DNA from: the human T2T-CHM13v2.0 reference genome, Homo sapiens
Reading direction: 5' to 3' (one strand)
Length of the DNA: 64,000 nt
Assembly (NCBI RefSeq): GCF_009914755.1
Contig: NC_060937.1
Part shown: one piece after another, positions 1 through 21,247 of the stretch
How the letters are laid out: each line of letters starts with the position of its first letter
Numbering within the stretch: the first letter of the stretch is position 1
Position numbers and translations under genes: made by a program
The notes under the pieces: model-generated
The model's database searches: none
Seen by the model: only the letters and a program-made list of their open reading frames with translations
What the model was told of the DNA's origin: nothing

Positions 1-810
1 GCCACAGTTGGAAAAAAATAATATAGGAGTTTATGTTTTCCTACTGGTGAATCAACCTCATCGTCTCCCACTATAAAGATGTCTACCAAAGCAACATTTG
101 CAAAGATGGCCATAAGCAACGCAGATCATCATATTAACAGCTTAAAAAAATAAAACAGATTTTGTCCATCACTTCTTGAACATGCATTATGGCTTTAATA
201 GCCTGTATTATAATTTTTACCATCCATGCATGTTGATGATGCAGAAAACATTTTTATACATTTGTTTTGGTCCTATAATAATAGTCATTCTGTGACTAAC
301 CAGAGCTATGTGAAGAATAGTCTGATATCCCTTGCATTTTGTAGTTTTTATAGGATATAAAATAAGTGACTGAAACATAAAGCTGTTTGTAAATAGAGCT
401 AGCAGTGCACATAAAATAATATACAGAGTCTAGATTTGTAAATCATCAACTATTTTCACAAGCATCTTGTTCACAAATCTTTTTCCTGTATGCTAAGTTG
501 AATTGCTTTTGTACTAAGACTAGCTTTTTAACAAAATCTGTTTGAATGGAATCAGATATTTTGTATATTTAGGAAAAAAACTGGCTTAAACATTTTTATA
601 ATGCCTTTTTCCTACTAATAGCAAAAATATTTATTTTATTAAAGTTATAAAATGATTATTAAGTTCTTAATCTATCCATGGGTTCAATATAAAAGAAAAA
701 CTTGCATGTTGGCCAGGTAACTTAATGTCAGAGTTGCATAATTCCTCATCAGACTATACCAGACCAGAAACCTATATATCAGTTAGTAAATATGCACTTT
801 GGGCAGCTTA

Positions 811-1242
<432 letters not shown>

Positions 1243-1642
1243 TTATAAATATTAGTGTTTCTGTTATGAAACTGAATTAATTTATTATATTACCGGTAAT
1301 TTCCAGCAGTTTCTCTTTTAATTTTTAAACAATTTTATTTAAAAATTAATATTTGTGAGACTAAATTCTCAAAACCAAACTTCATCCTTAATGAATACAT
1401 TTCAATTCTTTATGAAAAGGAAGAGCTGTTAACGTTTTCTGACAAGTAATGCATTATAGTTCATCATTTTGGCACAGGATAGGCTTGAGTTTTCTTCTGA
1501 CTTCTTAAGGACATATGTAGTGGGAGGCACTTATCTTTTTTTTTTTTTCTAATGTTTGATTAGCAGTTTGAAATGCTAATGAAATTAGCAAATTAAATGG
1601 AGATTTGATGAAGTAAAATTTGAAATTATGTCCATATGCTTT

Positions 1643-2058
<416 letters not shown>

Positions 2059-2543
2059 TGAAAGGAGGTCTTATTGTAGTAGTCTTGTGCCTGATGCCAC
2101 TATCTAGATGCATTTAATTGTTTTCTAGAGAAAGAATTCATTTCCCAAGTATTTCTAATCAAAATGTATATGATGTGACTTGAGAATATTCAAGGGCTTG
2201 GCAGTCCCAAATACATCACACTGGTCTGGCCCACTGTCTATGGCCTGCAGTTCCCCTAAACTGTTCATTCCTCTGAGTCATACATACCATCATGGGACTC
2301 TGTGGACTCTTGTAGATGGGGAGTTGGCAAGGAACCAAAAGGCAGGAATGACTTACTTATCTAAATGGGAGAGTTTAAGCAGTAGGAGGCCCTAGAATTT
2401 GTACTTAGGCATAACTGACTTTCTATTTATGAAAATAATCTGGGAGAAGAAATGGATAGTGAAATCTCCTGAGTTGTGTATAGTGAAATGATGGTGTCAA
2501 GAAGATTGCTAAGTGCTCTCTAAATTGATTCCTCACCCCCCGC

Positions 2544-2588
<45 letters not shown>
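2544..2588. repeat. (CA)n microsatellite
   Basis: About 20 CA units seen directly. Confidence 0.97.
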
Positions 2589-2590
<2 letters not shown>

Positions 2591-3539
2591 GTTTATGAGG
2601 CTCAGTGTAGATAAGTGTGGAGTATAAAAATCTAATCTTTTGGGATTATGGGAGGAAAGGTGCCTAAGTGTTACTGTTTAGTGTTCCCTAAAAGCATTAG
2701 CCTATTTGACTGTTGAGGTAAAAATAATGCATATGAAATAATCTAGAGCTGTATAGAAAATCAACCAAAAGGGTCGAGGAAGTGAAAAATGGGGATACTA
2801 GTCTAAGTAAAATAGATAATTGTGATATGATAAAGAGCAGAAGAGGAATAAAACAGTTACTTTTTATTCATTTGCACCAACTATGCAGTTTGTCTGAAAG
2901 TGACCCTGTCTCCTGTGAAGAAAATTATATAACCTTCTTGAGTCATATTTTAATATGACGAGGAATATTGAGAAAAATAATTTTTGAGACTAGTTAAAAA
3001 AATGGTTATCATGAGTAATCTGTATAATTTCAGGAGATGTTCCAATGAAATGATTTTTTTCTACTTTTGTTAAACTCAGACATTCTATTCACTACTGGTT
3101 GAAAGTCATATGACGAATTGATTTGAGTACCCTAAAAGATTAAATCTAAAAAATATTATACCTAAAGATCAGTGAATTCTTTGAATCAGATATATAAGAA
3201 ATTACCCAAAGCTGTAAACTGCCATATTTTTATGTTTTTCGGTGCTGTGGTTAAATTATAATTGATTATAATTAGCACTTCCATGAACATTGCATGTTTT
3301 ACCTGCAGCTGAATGACATTTAGGAAGAAATTTTTTTAATCTTTGAAAACATCAGAAGAGATAGTGCTTTCTGATCTAATATAGCTAAATATCCCCTATC
3401 AGAATACATAAAGGATGAACACAGATTTTACAAGTCTTGATTCTAAAATCCAATATGTAAACTAAATAAATATTAAAAGTTGTGCTTATTCAAATAACTC
3501 CCATACATTTCTGTTCAATATGGGTACTGGAGTGATAAT

Positions 3540-3750
3540 AAGATGTACAATAATAGCTAAAATATACTGAATACATACTATGGGACAGGCCATTTACTAA
3601 GTGTTTTATAAAGGTTATCTCACTTATTTCTGTTATAATTCTCATTGTTTTCCATGAGAGCACCAAAGGACTAAAGAAGTTGAATAACTTGACCAAGGTC
3701 ACACCTAGGGATGGACCTGTAACTTAAAATCAGAGCTTGGTTTCAGACCT
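3540..3750. mobile_element. MIR fragment
   Basis: gttgaataacttgaccaaggtcacac core MIR motif. Confidence 0.6.
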
Positions 3751-4009
3751 GCCATACCATGGTACATTCTTTTACTCTAAGTATTATTTAAGGCTATTCT
3801 GTATGCCATGAATTTGCTTTAGTCTCTGATTTTTAATGCAAAGTTACTGGCATGGATCAAAAACAAAAGATACTTCATTTTTGCTCTCTTTAATATTGAG
3901 TTATAAACATTACTGGTTCTTCTGATAGAAAAGCTTTCATCCCCACTCCTGGGAACCATATCAAATTATTTAGGCACTTTATTTGGAGTTAGAGTTTGAA
4001 AAGGTTTCT

Positions 4010-4314
<305 letters not shown>

Positions 4315-4670
4315 TGAAAAGTTTTTAAAGAATGAAACTCAAGTATTTTCTCATTCATCATCCATTGGAGTTTAAGGTGATTTTATTTCTATCATGGAAA
4401 GAATAGCCACTTGGTCATGTATTGAGGAGTAATAAATGGTCCCTGATCAGCTCAACGTTTTTTCCCCTCATATATTTCTGCTTTATGCCTGTACTAAAAT
4501 AGTGTCTAGAGTGCGTGATTAACAGGAAAAGCATTAGCAGTAAGTTTCTTCTATCACATGCTGTCCCTTATGCCTCCCCTCCCTCTTCCCACTCCCTTGT
4601 TCCTCTTCCCTGTCACACACACATTTATTTTGGAATCCGAACTTTCGAGATGAAAAGCAGTTTACTTTCA

Positions 4671-5071
<401 letters not shown>

Positions 5072-6156
5072 TCAAAATGTATAATTATTTGGACAAAATC
5101 TCCAGGCAGTACAGTCTTAGGTATCTTGTTGCTCACAGATTCATGAGAAGCAGTTGTTAGGTGAGCTGCCTGCCTCCCTGGCCCCTCCCCAGTTTGGGCA
5201 TCTGTGTGCTTGCTTGCAACCAGAGTGCTGGTGACTTAGAAGTAACGCCACTGCTTAAGGTAAAAGTATCCCCTGAACATACCTTCAAGTTCCAGATAAA
5301 GAGATTTCAAAAGGAAAGAATCTAAGAGATAAGGAAACTACGTAAGATAGTAGAAATGTTCTGATCATAAGTTAAGATATTTATATTTTGGACTGTTTAG
5401 TGGAAATCTTGTGTTGTCTAGCTAACAGAGGTAATATAGTGACTCTCTGGAATGCTGGTGATATACTCTTCCTAAAGAAGTGATAGTTAGGCAGTGGATT
5501 GACAGTCTTACAGTGTTTCTTTGAAAAACAGAAGTTGGGCAGTAATTTAAAAAAATAAAACAAGACAGGCACAAAAAGACTCCATTAGTCTGTCATCTAT
5601 TTGACCTTACTCAACACATACCAAAAACTTGTGGGTGCTTGTTGTTTCTAACAGAAATCTTGGAGAAAACCAAGTCCAGTGTGAATCATCATTCCCTCAC
5701 TGGGCATAGGCCCTTTCGGAACACATTTGAATCAGATGTATAAGAAATTACCCAAAACTGTAAGCTGCCGTATTTTTATGGCATATAATGGACATAGTGT
5801 GGACATTATATATTTTCTTAAATAGCTATAAATATTTTAAATTGGGATAGTATATATTTAATAAGCTTTAAAATATGCCTGCATTGCTTCATTATATCTA
5901 AGATGCAATTATGATACAGGTGATGAACACAAAACAAGGAATCTTGAATTTTTTCCCCCACTCTGCCCCTTACAAGCTTTATGGTCATGGGCATGTCACA
6001 ATTCTGCCAGGACTTAATTAGGGATTTGAATTATATGAGAATATAGAAGAATTCAACTCAGTATTAAGTCTTTCACTAAGAGGGAGCTATTAGGTTGAAT
6101 CTTATGAAGATGCTAGTTTTATATACCAAAAATGTTCCAATTTCTGTATTATGTAG

Positions 6157-6187
<31 letters not shown>

Positions 6188-6447
6188 AGTTCTTAGCCTG
6201 AACACCAACTGCCATGCACTCTCCTAAGAACAATCTAGGAGAGCCCATCAGCCAACTCATGGATTCACCTTAGGATGGGAGCATGGGGATGGAAGGGAAG
6301 GGAATTGCTTTTCCTTTCATAAGACTGTAGTCTTGATGCCAGTGGTTATTTCCCACTTGTGTCATGACTTTGCTGCTTCTAGTAATAACTCTTTGTTGCT
6401 GCTTTGTTTAAAACAAAAAACCCCTGGAATATAGATATATATAGATC

Positions 6448-7470
<1,023 letters not shown>

Positions 7471-7479
7471 CTTCCACCA

Positions 7480-7664
7480 TCCAATAGATTTTCTGCAATG
7501 GTAGAAGTGTGTTATATCTTTGTTGTCCAGTATGATAGCCACTAGCTACATGTGGCAATTAAGCACTTGAAATGTGGCTAGTGTCCTTGAGGAGGCGAAT
7601 TCTTAATTTTATTTATTTTTAATTAATTTAAATAGACACGGCTAGTGGCTACCATATTGGACAG
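7480..7664. mobile_element. MER3-like hAT MITE
   Basis: tagccactagctacatgtggc...ggctagtggctaccatattggacag. Confidence 0.8.
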
Positions 7665-9140
7665 TTCAAGTCAATAATGGAGTATTTTCCTTTATTGGCT
7701 ATTTCCTACAGAGTGAAAAGCAAGCCTTAATGCATTTTATATCTATTCTCTTAAATGCTGAATCTAAATGTTAGCATATATTACTGTAAGCCTTATGATT
7801 TGAAAACCAAATAACCCTCTCTGATGAAATGGAGCCTGAGACTTTTCTTCTTTTTTCCTCCTTATTTATTTATTCAACGCACTGGGTTTTACATGCCTGT
7901 TCTGGGCCCTAGGCATATGATCATGGTCCCTGTTTTCATGAAGCTTACAGATAATTAATAAATATTTGTAAGAGATGCTTGCCCAAGTAATTTAATATTT
8001 ACTATCTGTAATCCCTTCAGTAGCCCTGCCAGATAAGGATATAATACATTTACTTGTTAATTCCAAGCCCTAAAATTTCCTCATTGCCACTTAGATTCAC
8101 TTCTAATAGATTGACGTATACTTACTATTGCAGTCCTCTGAAAAGCATCTTACTCCCAAAATATTGAAACTTCCTATAAAGGTGCTGTTTTAAAGCTAGG
8201 CTTCTTCATATCTTTTTCATATTAGTAAATCAGCTCAACCCTCACCCTATTACTTCACCTGGCCTTTCTCCTGGCCTTCTGTCTGCCTTCCAAGCTGCGT
8301 CTTCTGCTGGCACTTCTTTTTTTTTTTTTTTTTTTTTTTTAACTTGACTTTGGGCCAAGTATGTGTGCTCTCACTCACGGGCAGTCTCAGTAACTCTACT
8401 GCTCTTCCTGCTTCTTGCTGTGAAAACTTTTTTCCTCCTTTCACCCTGCAAATGTCAGCCTCCGTCTCCCCCTTTCAAAAATGAAATACACATGTTTAGA
8501 AAATACACATTCTTTTGTAGAACCTATCCTTTAAAAAATAACAAATTGCAATCAAATGCACAAAAGATAGATGAATGCTGGAGTGATATATTTATGTTTT
8601 TAAATGACTTCTACATTGACAGTTGCTGGTGGAAACATTTGTTGTTTAGTGTTTTTGTAGTTGTTTAATTCCATTGATAACAAGATTAGCAAGGCAGTAT
8701 TAGGGCTTTTGCTTAGACATGAAAATAGTCCACATGTATTAAATTAGGCAGAATTATAGTATTTGTTAATATAGGACTCAGCCTTTTTCTTTGTGATCTA
8801 ATTGTCTAACAAAGGTGTCATTTATTCATTTGCTTAAAGAATATTTATTGAGTTGCTATTATGTGAGAAATGCTGTACTTAGAAATGAGATAAATGGAGG
8901 ATTTATTGACTAAAACTTACAGATTTCTCTTCCAAATCTGCCAGCAGTTTAGATTGAGAGTTTGGCATTTTTTCGTTTAGTTAGGTCTTACCAGTGTTCA
9001 TCCTGTAAAATACTTGGAGGATGTATATGCTACTATTATTTTTATTACATGAATTTTGTATTTTCAGAATATACACAGTAATTTGCAAATTAAATTCTCA
9101 GTATAGTACATAACTTTTCACAAAGTGTAATAATGAAGTA

Positions 9141-10171
<1,031 letters not shown>

Positions 10172-10715
10172 TAGGAGTCTTTTTTTTCAGTGTTATAAAG
10201 GAGAATGTGCTTTTTCTGTGTGTGTATAGAATTGTATTAGTTGTAGGGAGGCTGATGACTGTCAAGGAGAAATTACTTTGAACTAAGTTCGTGAAGTTTT
10301 TATTAGAGATTTTATTCTGTTATATGACCTTTTATGGGACCATATAGAGTTAGGATTAATAGCATGAACCCTAGATTGAAAAGAGAAAAATCCAATTTTG
10401 TTTTGTTTTTGCTTACTATGAGGAAAAAATGATATTGAGATGATATAGGAAAAGTTCTTACCACAGTTTCCAGCACATAGTAAGTGTTCTTTAAATGTTT
10501 TATTTTTGTTACAGTTGTCATTTTATTCTTGTTGTATTTCTATGCTAGGTAGCCCTTGAGCTTTGTTTTTTTGATGGGAAAAAATATGAGCTTAAACTTA
10601 CTCTTTAGATAATAATAATAGAAAGACTAGTAATTCAAGAAGTTGATCTTGACTGTTTCCTTATAATAGTAACAAAGCTATTTAATTTTATATGACCAAG
10701 GTTATACAATGATAG

Positions 10716-11023
<308 letters not shown>

Positions 11024-11354
11024 GTCCTTATTTCTTGTCCGGAGAAATGAGTTGCTCTTGAAGCTTTCTACATCAGATGTTTGTATCTATTTTAATATAA
11101 GTGTGAGACAGAAAGAGAAACTGATATCTTCATGTAAAACATTAAGAATTCAAAATAGAAGGTGGTAATTTTTCTTCTCTTATTTTCAACTGGAATAGTT
11201 TTTCTACATCTGAAAATGGAACACATAATTTACAAATTTTCAAGTAAAATGTGGTGAATCCCATAGGAAACAGTTTTACAGAGATGTAGTCTGTCTACCC
11301 TGCGTAGGTTATAGTTGCTGAAGCCAGAAATCTGAGCCCAGTTATTCTTTAAAA

Positions 11355-12427
<1,073 letters not shown>

Positions 12428-12812
12428 TGAGCCCAGTTATTCTTGATGCCTTTATTTCTCCTTTATCTTACTTAGGCACCACTTTCTATTGAATCTGTTT
12501 TCAAAATATTTCCTAAATTTGTTTAACTTGAGTCCCACTCCTTTACCATCACCCTGTTCCAAGTGAATATTATCTTTCCTCTGGATTGGTACAGTAGCTT
12601 TCCTAGTCAGTGATGTCCATTTTTGCCCCATTCTATTCTGCAAATAGTAGCCAGAGGAATATTTTTAAAACACAAATTTAATTCCTTGCTTCAAAAATTC
12701 TCTGATTTTTCATTAATCTTAGGATTTAAAATACTTACGACAGTCCATATATTTCCTACTTGCCTTCCTAGATTTTACTCTGTGTAAATTCACTTTAAAA
12801 TTAAGCTTCATT

Positions 12813-14869
<2,057 letters not shown>

Positions 14870-16107
14870 TAAAATGTAGCCTGGCTGTATCTAAGTGATC
14901 AGCCATTATTTTTCTATTTGTTTCCTGAAAACAACACTGTATTTTTAAATTTTCTGAAAAAGTGGAGACTCATTTTTTAAAATGGTCAGGGTAGCCTTTT
15001 AGCTTGCTCCCAAGTCAGCCTAATACCTCTGTGTAGTTTGTTTGGAAATATGTGGTGCTTTACGAACCACATATTTCCAAATTATATTATTTTGTACAAA
15101 CCTAGATAAACCTTACCTTGACTTTGAAAGCATATCAAGGTCAGTAATGTTTAATTTAGTACATTGTTCAGTGATGAAATGGAGTTGCCAGTTGTTCTTG
15201 TCACTTCATGAGATAGTGTTAAATGAATTATTTAGTGTTAAGGACCCTGCTAAATTATTTTAAACGATTCAAAGCGAGTTAAAGTATTTTAAGATTTAGT
15301 TCTTTGTTATATTTTCAGTTCATACATTAACCTTTTTAGTTTTGAATCATAAGTTGTCCTCTTTTAATTAAAACCCTTGTGGTTGCCTTTTAAATGTATG
15401 ATAGAACAGTTAAATTTTTAAAATGAGTTTATTTTTAAAAAAAAAATCAGTGTTTTCCTTTATGTAAAAGGTTAAATGCTTTGAGGATAAAAACTGCATG
15501 ACACTGTATGAGTGATGAAATTGGCTTTTAGAATTGTAGAATTAAAATTGAAAGGAAAGTATGCTGCATAAACCTGAGTCTGGATGCAGTGGCTACAAAT
15601 AAATTCAAGTGTAAGAGTGTGACCAGAATAAGCTACCGTTTATAAAGAAGCACTTCACTAAACAAACTGAAACCCTGAGGAATTTTCAAATTGTGAAGTA
15701 ATGGGAACAATCATTTAATATGGAAGGAAGGAGCTAGTGCATGCCTCCTTCCTTGGATGTCTCATAAGATCAAATCGTGGAGATGACTGAAACAGGGAAG
15801 ATAATTTAGCGGCAACATAACAGATTACCATTTAGAGAGGCCAAACCCCTGAGAGCTGATTGCATTAGAGGAGGATGGGGGGCCAAGATTAGGACACAGG
15901 TGTGTTCAGAAACAGGCTGACACTTACTTGTGTTTCCCACCCACTCCCATCCCCCACCAAGTTAACACATTTAGCTGTCCCGACACTTTGTAAACATTCC
16001 TATATCTGTCTTCAATCTTTTTTCTCTCTCTAAAGGTTTATCTCTTAGAAGCTTTGACATAACTTTCCTTGGAGGAATCATTTCCACCTAATCTTTTTGC
16101 CTTATCT

Positions 16108-16404
16108 CTTTTTTTTTTTTTTTTTTTTTTTGAGACAGTCTCTCTCTGTCACCCAGGCTGGAGTGCAGTGACACGATGTTGGCTCACTGCATCCTCCACC
16201 TTCTGGGTTCAAGCGATTCTCGAGCCTCAGCCTCCTGACTAGCTGGGATTGCAGGTATGCACTACCATGCCCAGTTCATTTTTGTATTGTTAATAGAGAC
16301 AGGGTTTCACCATGTTGCCCAGGCTGGTCTTGAACTCCTGACCTCAAGTAATCTGCCTGCCTCCACCTCCCAAATTACAGGTGTGAGCCACTACACCCAG
16401 CCTG
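16108..16404 (-). mobile_element. Alu
   Basis: Alu consensus with gccttat TSD. Confidence 0.93.
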
Positions 16405-18204
16405 CCTTATTTCTTATAAGCATGAGCAGCTCTGCTCCAGTTTACTCTCAAAATGCACACCTTGGGATTAATATTTTCTTTTTATCAGTATGCAGTCAGT
16501 TGTCCTACCATCCCTCCATCACCCTTGTTCATCTTCAGTACTGCAGTTAATTATAGTATTAAATGCTTGTCTTCCACTAGAGCAAGTCTTTACTGCTATG
16601 TCTCCAACCTCTAACCCAGTGCCTGGCAGAAGTGGGTACCCAGTAAACACTTGCTGGATAATTGACAGCAAGAGGCTCCTTCCAGAGTCTGGCTGTGGCA
16701 CAGCTGCAGCCAGAGGCAGATACAGGAGAATGGTAAGGAGAACTGGAGAGATACGCAGGGACTAGATCCCAAAGAGTCTTAAAGTCCTATGAAGGAACTT
16801 GTGCTGCACCCCGAGAATAGTAAGAGGCCATCGAAGAATCATTAATCTAAATCCATCCTTGGGTTGCACATCTCCCTTCTAGACTCTAGCTAGTTGATTT
16901 CTCAGTCTTAGCAAGAAAATTTAATCCTTGTTCATAGAAACTCTGTGTGGCACATGAAAAGCAAAGTATAATTGTAAGTATTATTTATGGTTACATATCC
17001 AGTAAGTTTCTAAAGACACTTCCAGAGAACTTTTTGTACTTTATAAAGTAAATCATCTTGTGTATTTAAAGGATAAGCATGGATTTATATGTAACTGGAA
17101 TAATTTAAATATTTACATTTCCATACAGAAATGAGTATACTGAATTTGGGGATCTTGGTAAAAACAAAACCTATGGCATTTTTAGATTTCAAATTGAAAA
17201 GGCAATTGGTAAATATCTTATATCTTCTCAGCAATTTGATAGTATATACCTGAAAATAAGCAGAAGTAAATAGAGAATTATCTTCATCCAAGGAATTAAA
17301 TAATAGGAATGTTATACAGACACCTTTTATACTTAATTCTGCTTTTGAAGGAATTTAAAATGGAAATTGTTTTTAATTTCTATTTTATTGAACCAAAGAA
17401 TTTAAAGTCCCATTCAAATAAAATAATACATAATGTTAAACTTGTATTATTTTTTAATAGCCAGCATTTTTGTGGTTTTCAAATGAACCATCCAAGGAAT
17501 TATAGTATTTCTTCTCTTTTTAAGAAAGTGTACTTCTTCAGGTTATAAAAGTAGTAAATACTTATTGCAGAACATTTAGAAAACAAACTTAAAATGCATC
17601 CAGTCTGATCTCTTCCTTCCCATCTTTCATGTTAGTTTCACCATTTAAAAAAACTGCCTTTTTTTTTTAATTAAAGGCAATTTTCTAACATCGTTTTCAA
17701 TTTTTTTGCTGTAACCATTGCATCTCACTGCTTCCTATTGGATTCATTTTCCTTCTTACTGAAATAAATTCTTGAGTAGTTTCTCAGTGAGGATCTATAA
17801 ATAATAAACATAAGCTTTTGTCCAAAAATGCTTATGTTTTACACTTACTCTTCAATTGTAATCTAACTAGATATGTTAGGCAATTTTCTTAAAAAACTGC
17901 AATCTTATATTTTGATATCTTGCTGATGAGTTTAAAAGGTACAGTGATAACTTTTGCATCATTAAAAATAGTTGGCTTAGAAAGCTGTACTTTTCCTTCC
18001 TTAAAACAGTTTTTTAAATTTACTGTGCTGATATACCAAGTGAATTAATTTTCTAAATAAGTAAATGATTATAAGCCTTGCTATACTTAATATAAAACAA
18101 AATATCCTAAGATAGCTACTTAAATATACATGTACTAGTCAGCTATTGTTTTATAATATACTATACATGGTGGCATATATTTTCAAAAGCAGTGTTTTGA
18201 GTTA

Positions 18205-18395
18205 TATTTTATTTTCTGAGACATGGTCTCTCTCTGTTGCCCAGGCTGGAGTGCAGTGGCACAGTCACAGCTCACTGTGGCCTCGACCTCCCAGGCTCAA
18301 GTGATCCTACCACCTCAGCCTCCTGAGTAACTAGGACTACAGGCACTGTGCCTGGCTAATTTTTTTTTTTCTTAATTTTTTGTAGAGACAGGATC
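18205..18395 (-). mobile_element. Partial AluJ
   Basis: ctcccaggctcaagtgatcct AluJ-type arm. Confidence 0.85.
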
Positions 18396-18927
18396 AGTTT
18401 AGATGGTGTCCTGCAGTAGTTCTAGAGCAGTGCTGTCTAATAGAGGTTTCTGTGATGATAGAAATGTTCTCTCTCTGTGCTGTTCAGTAAACCTTGAGTG
18501 TTGATGTATTCTCTTTTTATTTACCTTTATCTTTTATCAGCTGAGTAGACATTTTGAATTAATAACTTGATTGATTTTAGACCATGTAATTTAAGATGAT
18601 TTATTTTTACATGAAGATTTTTTCCCCCAGAAATTTAAGGCTGATTAGCTTCTTGGTTTTAGTGGTTAAGATTTGCCTATATAATAAGCGGGTGAAAAGT
18701 ACATTGTGGCATTATAATGAGTTAGTTTGTATATTTAGCTTGTGTACTGGTTTCTGCATTATAGTCACGTATATTCAGTGCATTTTTAAAGTATTAAAGC
18801 TAGTGTATCCTCTGAGGTTACCTTTTTATATATTAGTTTTCATTGAATAAGAATTATAGAAATAATAACTCTTCATATTTCACTCTGCTAAACAAGAGTG
18901 TTAATAATGCCTTATATTTTTTTTCAG

Positions 18928-19027
18928 ATTGCAAATAGAAGAGTCTTCCAAACCAGTGAGGCTATCACAACAGCTGGACAAAGTTGTAACAACCAATTAC
19001 AAACCTGTTGCTAATCATCAATACAAT
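18928..19027 (+). CDS. GTF2F2: TFIIF beta subunit (RAP30), third-last coding exon, 100 nt
   Basis: Acceptor ttttttttcag at 18917-18927 and donor gtaagt at 19028. After 1 nt the exon reads LQIEESSKPVRLSQQLDKVVTTNYKPVANHQYN, recognised as RAP30. Confidence 0.97.
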
Positions 19028-19555
19028 GTAAGTCTTCTGCTTGTCTCTTTTCATTCTTTTATATCTTCATTCTTTTCTGTATCATAGAGTCTTAGGTTTC
19101 CAAAGAACCTGAGAATTTACACACCTTGCCATCAGGTGCTTGAATTACAGTACCTGATCTGGACTTAGTAAGGAATATGACAATTTGCTAAAAGTACAGA
19201 AAAGATGTTCACTCTACATTGCAAGTTATATCATGGCAAAAAGAAGGCAACCACTGTTTAAAGTACCCTTGATAAATTTTTACAAAGAAGTAAAACACTT
19301 CAATTCTCAATGTTGCAATGTTGCTGATGTTTTAAATTACAATGTACTAACTAAATATTAGTTTTACTATTTTTAAAAATTATTCTATACCTTTGTGATG
19401 AACCATAAGAAAGTTTTTAATGTGTTAAAAAATTTTAAAGGTCATGGAACAGCAGTAATTTTTCTCATTGATTATTAAGATCACTTTGCCTGATTTCAGC
19501 TTTCACAGGCATTTTAATGGTCTCATACTACCATGCAAAGTGAGGACCATCTGTA

Positions 19556-20435
19556 CAGTAGTACTCCCTTGTCCACAATTTTAAAACTTTATGCAGTTTC
19601 AGTGACCCACAGTCAACTACAGTCAAAAATATTGAATGGAAAATTCCAGATGTAAACAATTCATAAGTTGTAAGTTGTGCAACCTTCTGAGTAGTATGAT
19701 GAAACCTAGCACCATCTTGCTCCATCCCATCCATGATGTGAGTCATTCCTTTGTCCAGTATATCCACATTGTATATGCTACCCACCCATTAGTCACTTAG
19801 TAGCCCTCTTGGTTAACAGATCTATTGACACATGATAAAAAGAAAGAAGAGGCTGGGCGCGGTGGCTCACGCCTGTAATCCCAGCACTTTGGGAGGCCGA
19901 GGCAGGCGGTTCACAAGGTCAGGAGATCGAGACCATCCTGGCTAACACAGTGAACCCCGTCTCTACTAAAAATACAAAAATTAGTCGGGCATGGCGGTGT
20001 GTGCCTGTAGTCCCAGCTGCTGGGGAGGCTGAGGCAGGAGAATGGGAGGCGGAGCTTGCAGTGAGCCGAGATCACGCCACTGCACTGCAGCCTGAGTGAC
20101 AGAGTGACAGAGCGAGACTCCGTCTCAAAAAAAAAAAAAAAAAGAAAGAAGAAGAGTGAGTACAGAACACCAAGATATTTTGAGAGAGTGAGAGAGAGAG
20201 AGACCACATTCACAGACTGTTATTACAGTATATTGTTAGGGTTATTCTATTTTATTATGGGTTATTTTTGTTAATCTCTTACTGTGCCTAATTTATAAAT
20301 TGAACTTTATCAGAGATATGTATGTATAGGAAAAACCATAATATATAGAGTTTGGTACTATCCACAATTTCAGGCACCAAGTGGGGCAGGGAGGTGTCTT
20401 GCAACATATCTCCTGCCAATAAGGGGAAAGTATTG
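19556..20435. mobile_element. MER44/Tigger7-derived MITE containing a + strand Alu (19851-20145)
   Basis: TA|cagtagtactcccttgtcc ... ataaggggaaagtattg|TA inverted termini and a gagagagaccacattcaca internal motif. Confidence 0.8.
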
Positions 20436-20941
20436 TATATTTATATTTCAAGACTTTTTTATTGTTGTGTATCTTATATGTACTATATGTATTATACAAT
20501 ATACACATTTATTGCATACATATTATGTATACTTTGTGCCAGGTATTGGTCTGAGTGCTTCGTAAGTAATGACACTTAATCTTCATACCAACCCTATGAA
20601 GAAACTACAACAGATAAGGTAACAGGCAGAGAGACTGGCTTACCTGAGGTGGTGCAGCCAGTAATTTATCAGTCCAGGTGTTGAACTTAGGCAGTCTAGC
20701 TTAGGAGCCATACTGTTAACCACTGTGTATGTTGCCGCTGGTGATTAGCAGTTGCTAAAAGGGCTAAGGGTTTTGGGTTTTGAAATATCTGTAATGTAAT
20801 AAGTGTGATGGTTTCCTGAAAATAAAATACCTAAGTTAAGTCAAATAGCAATTAACAGTTGGAATTTTGTATCCCACTTTGTTGTTTAAGATTACCTTTG
20901 ATACTGAGTTTAGGAAGAAAATTTTCTTTAAGACTAGCCTT

Positions 20942-21247
<306 letters not shown>

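Noticed and set aside
15512-15578. C/D-box snoRNA-like spacing (gtgatga ... ctga)
   Set aside because: There is no terminal stem or recognisable rRNA antisense element, and such motifs arise by chance in AT-rich introns.
15724-15754. 10-bp hairpin aaggaaggag/ctccttcctt
   Set aside because: About one such stem is expected by chance in 64 kb, and it is low complexity.
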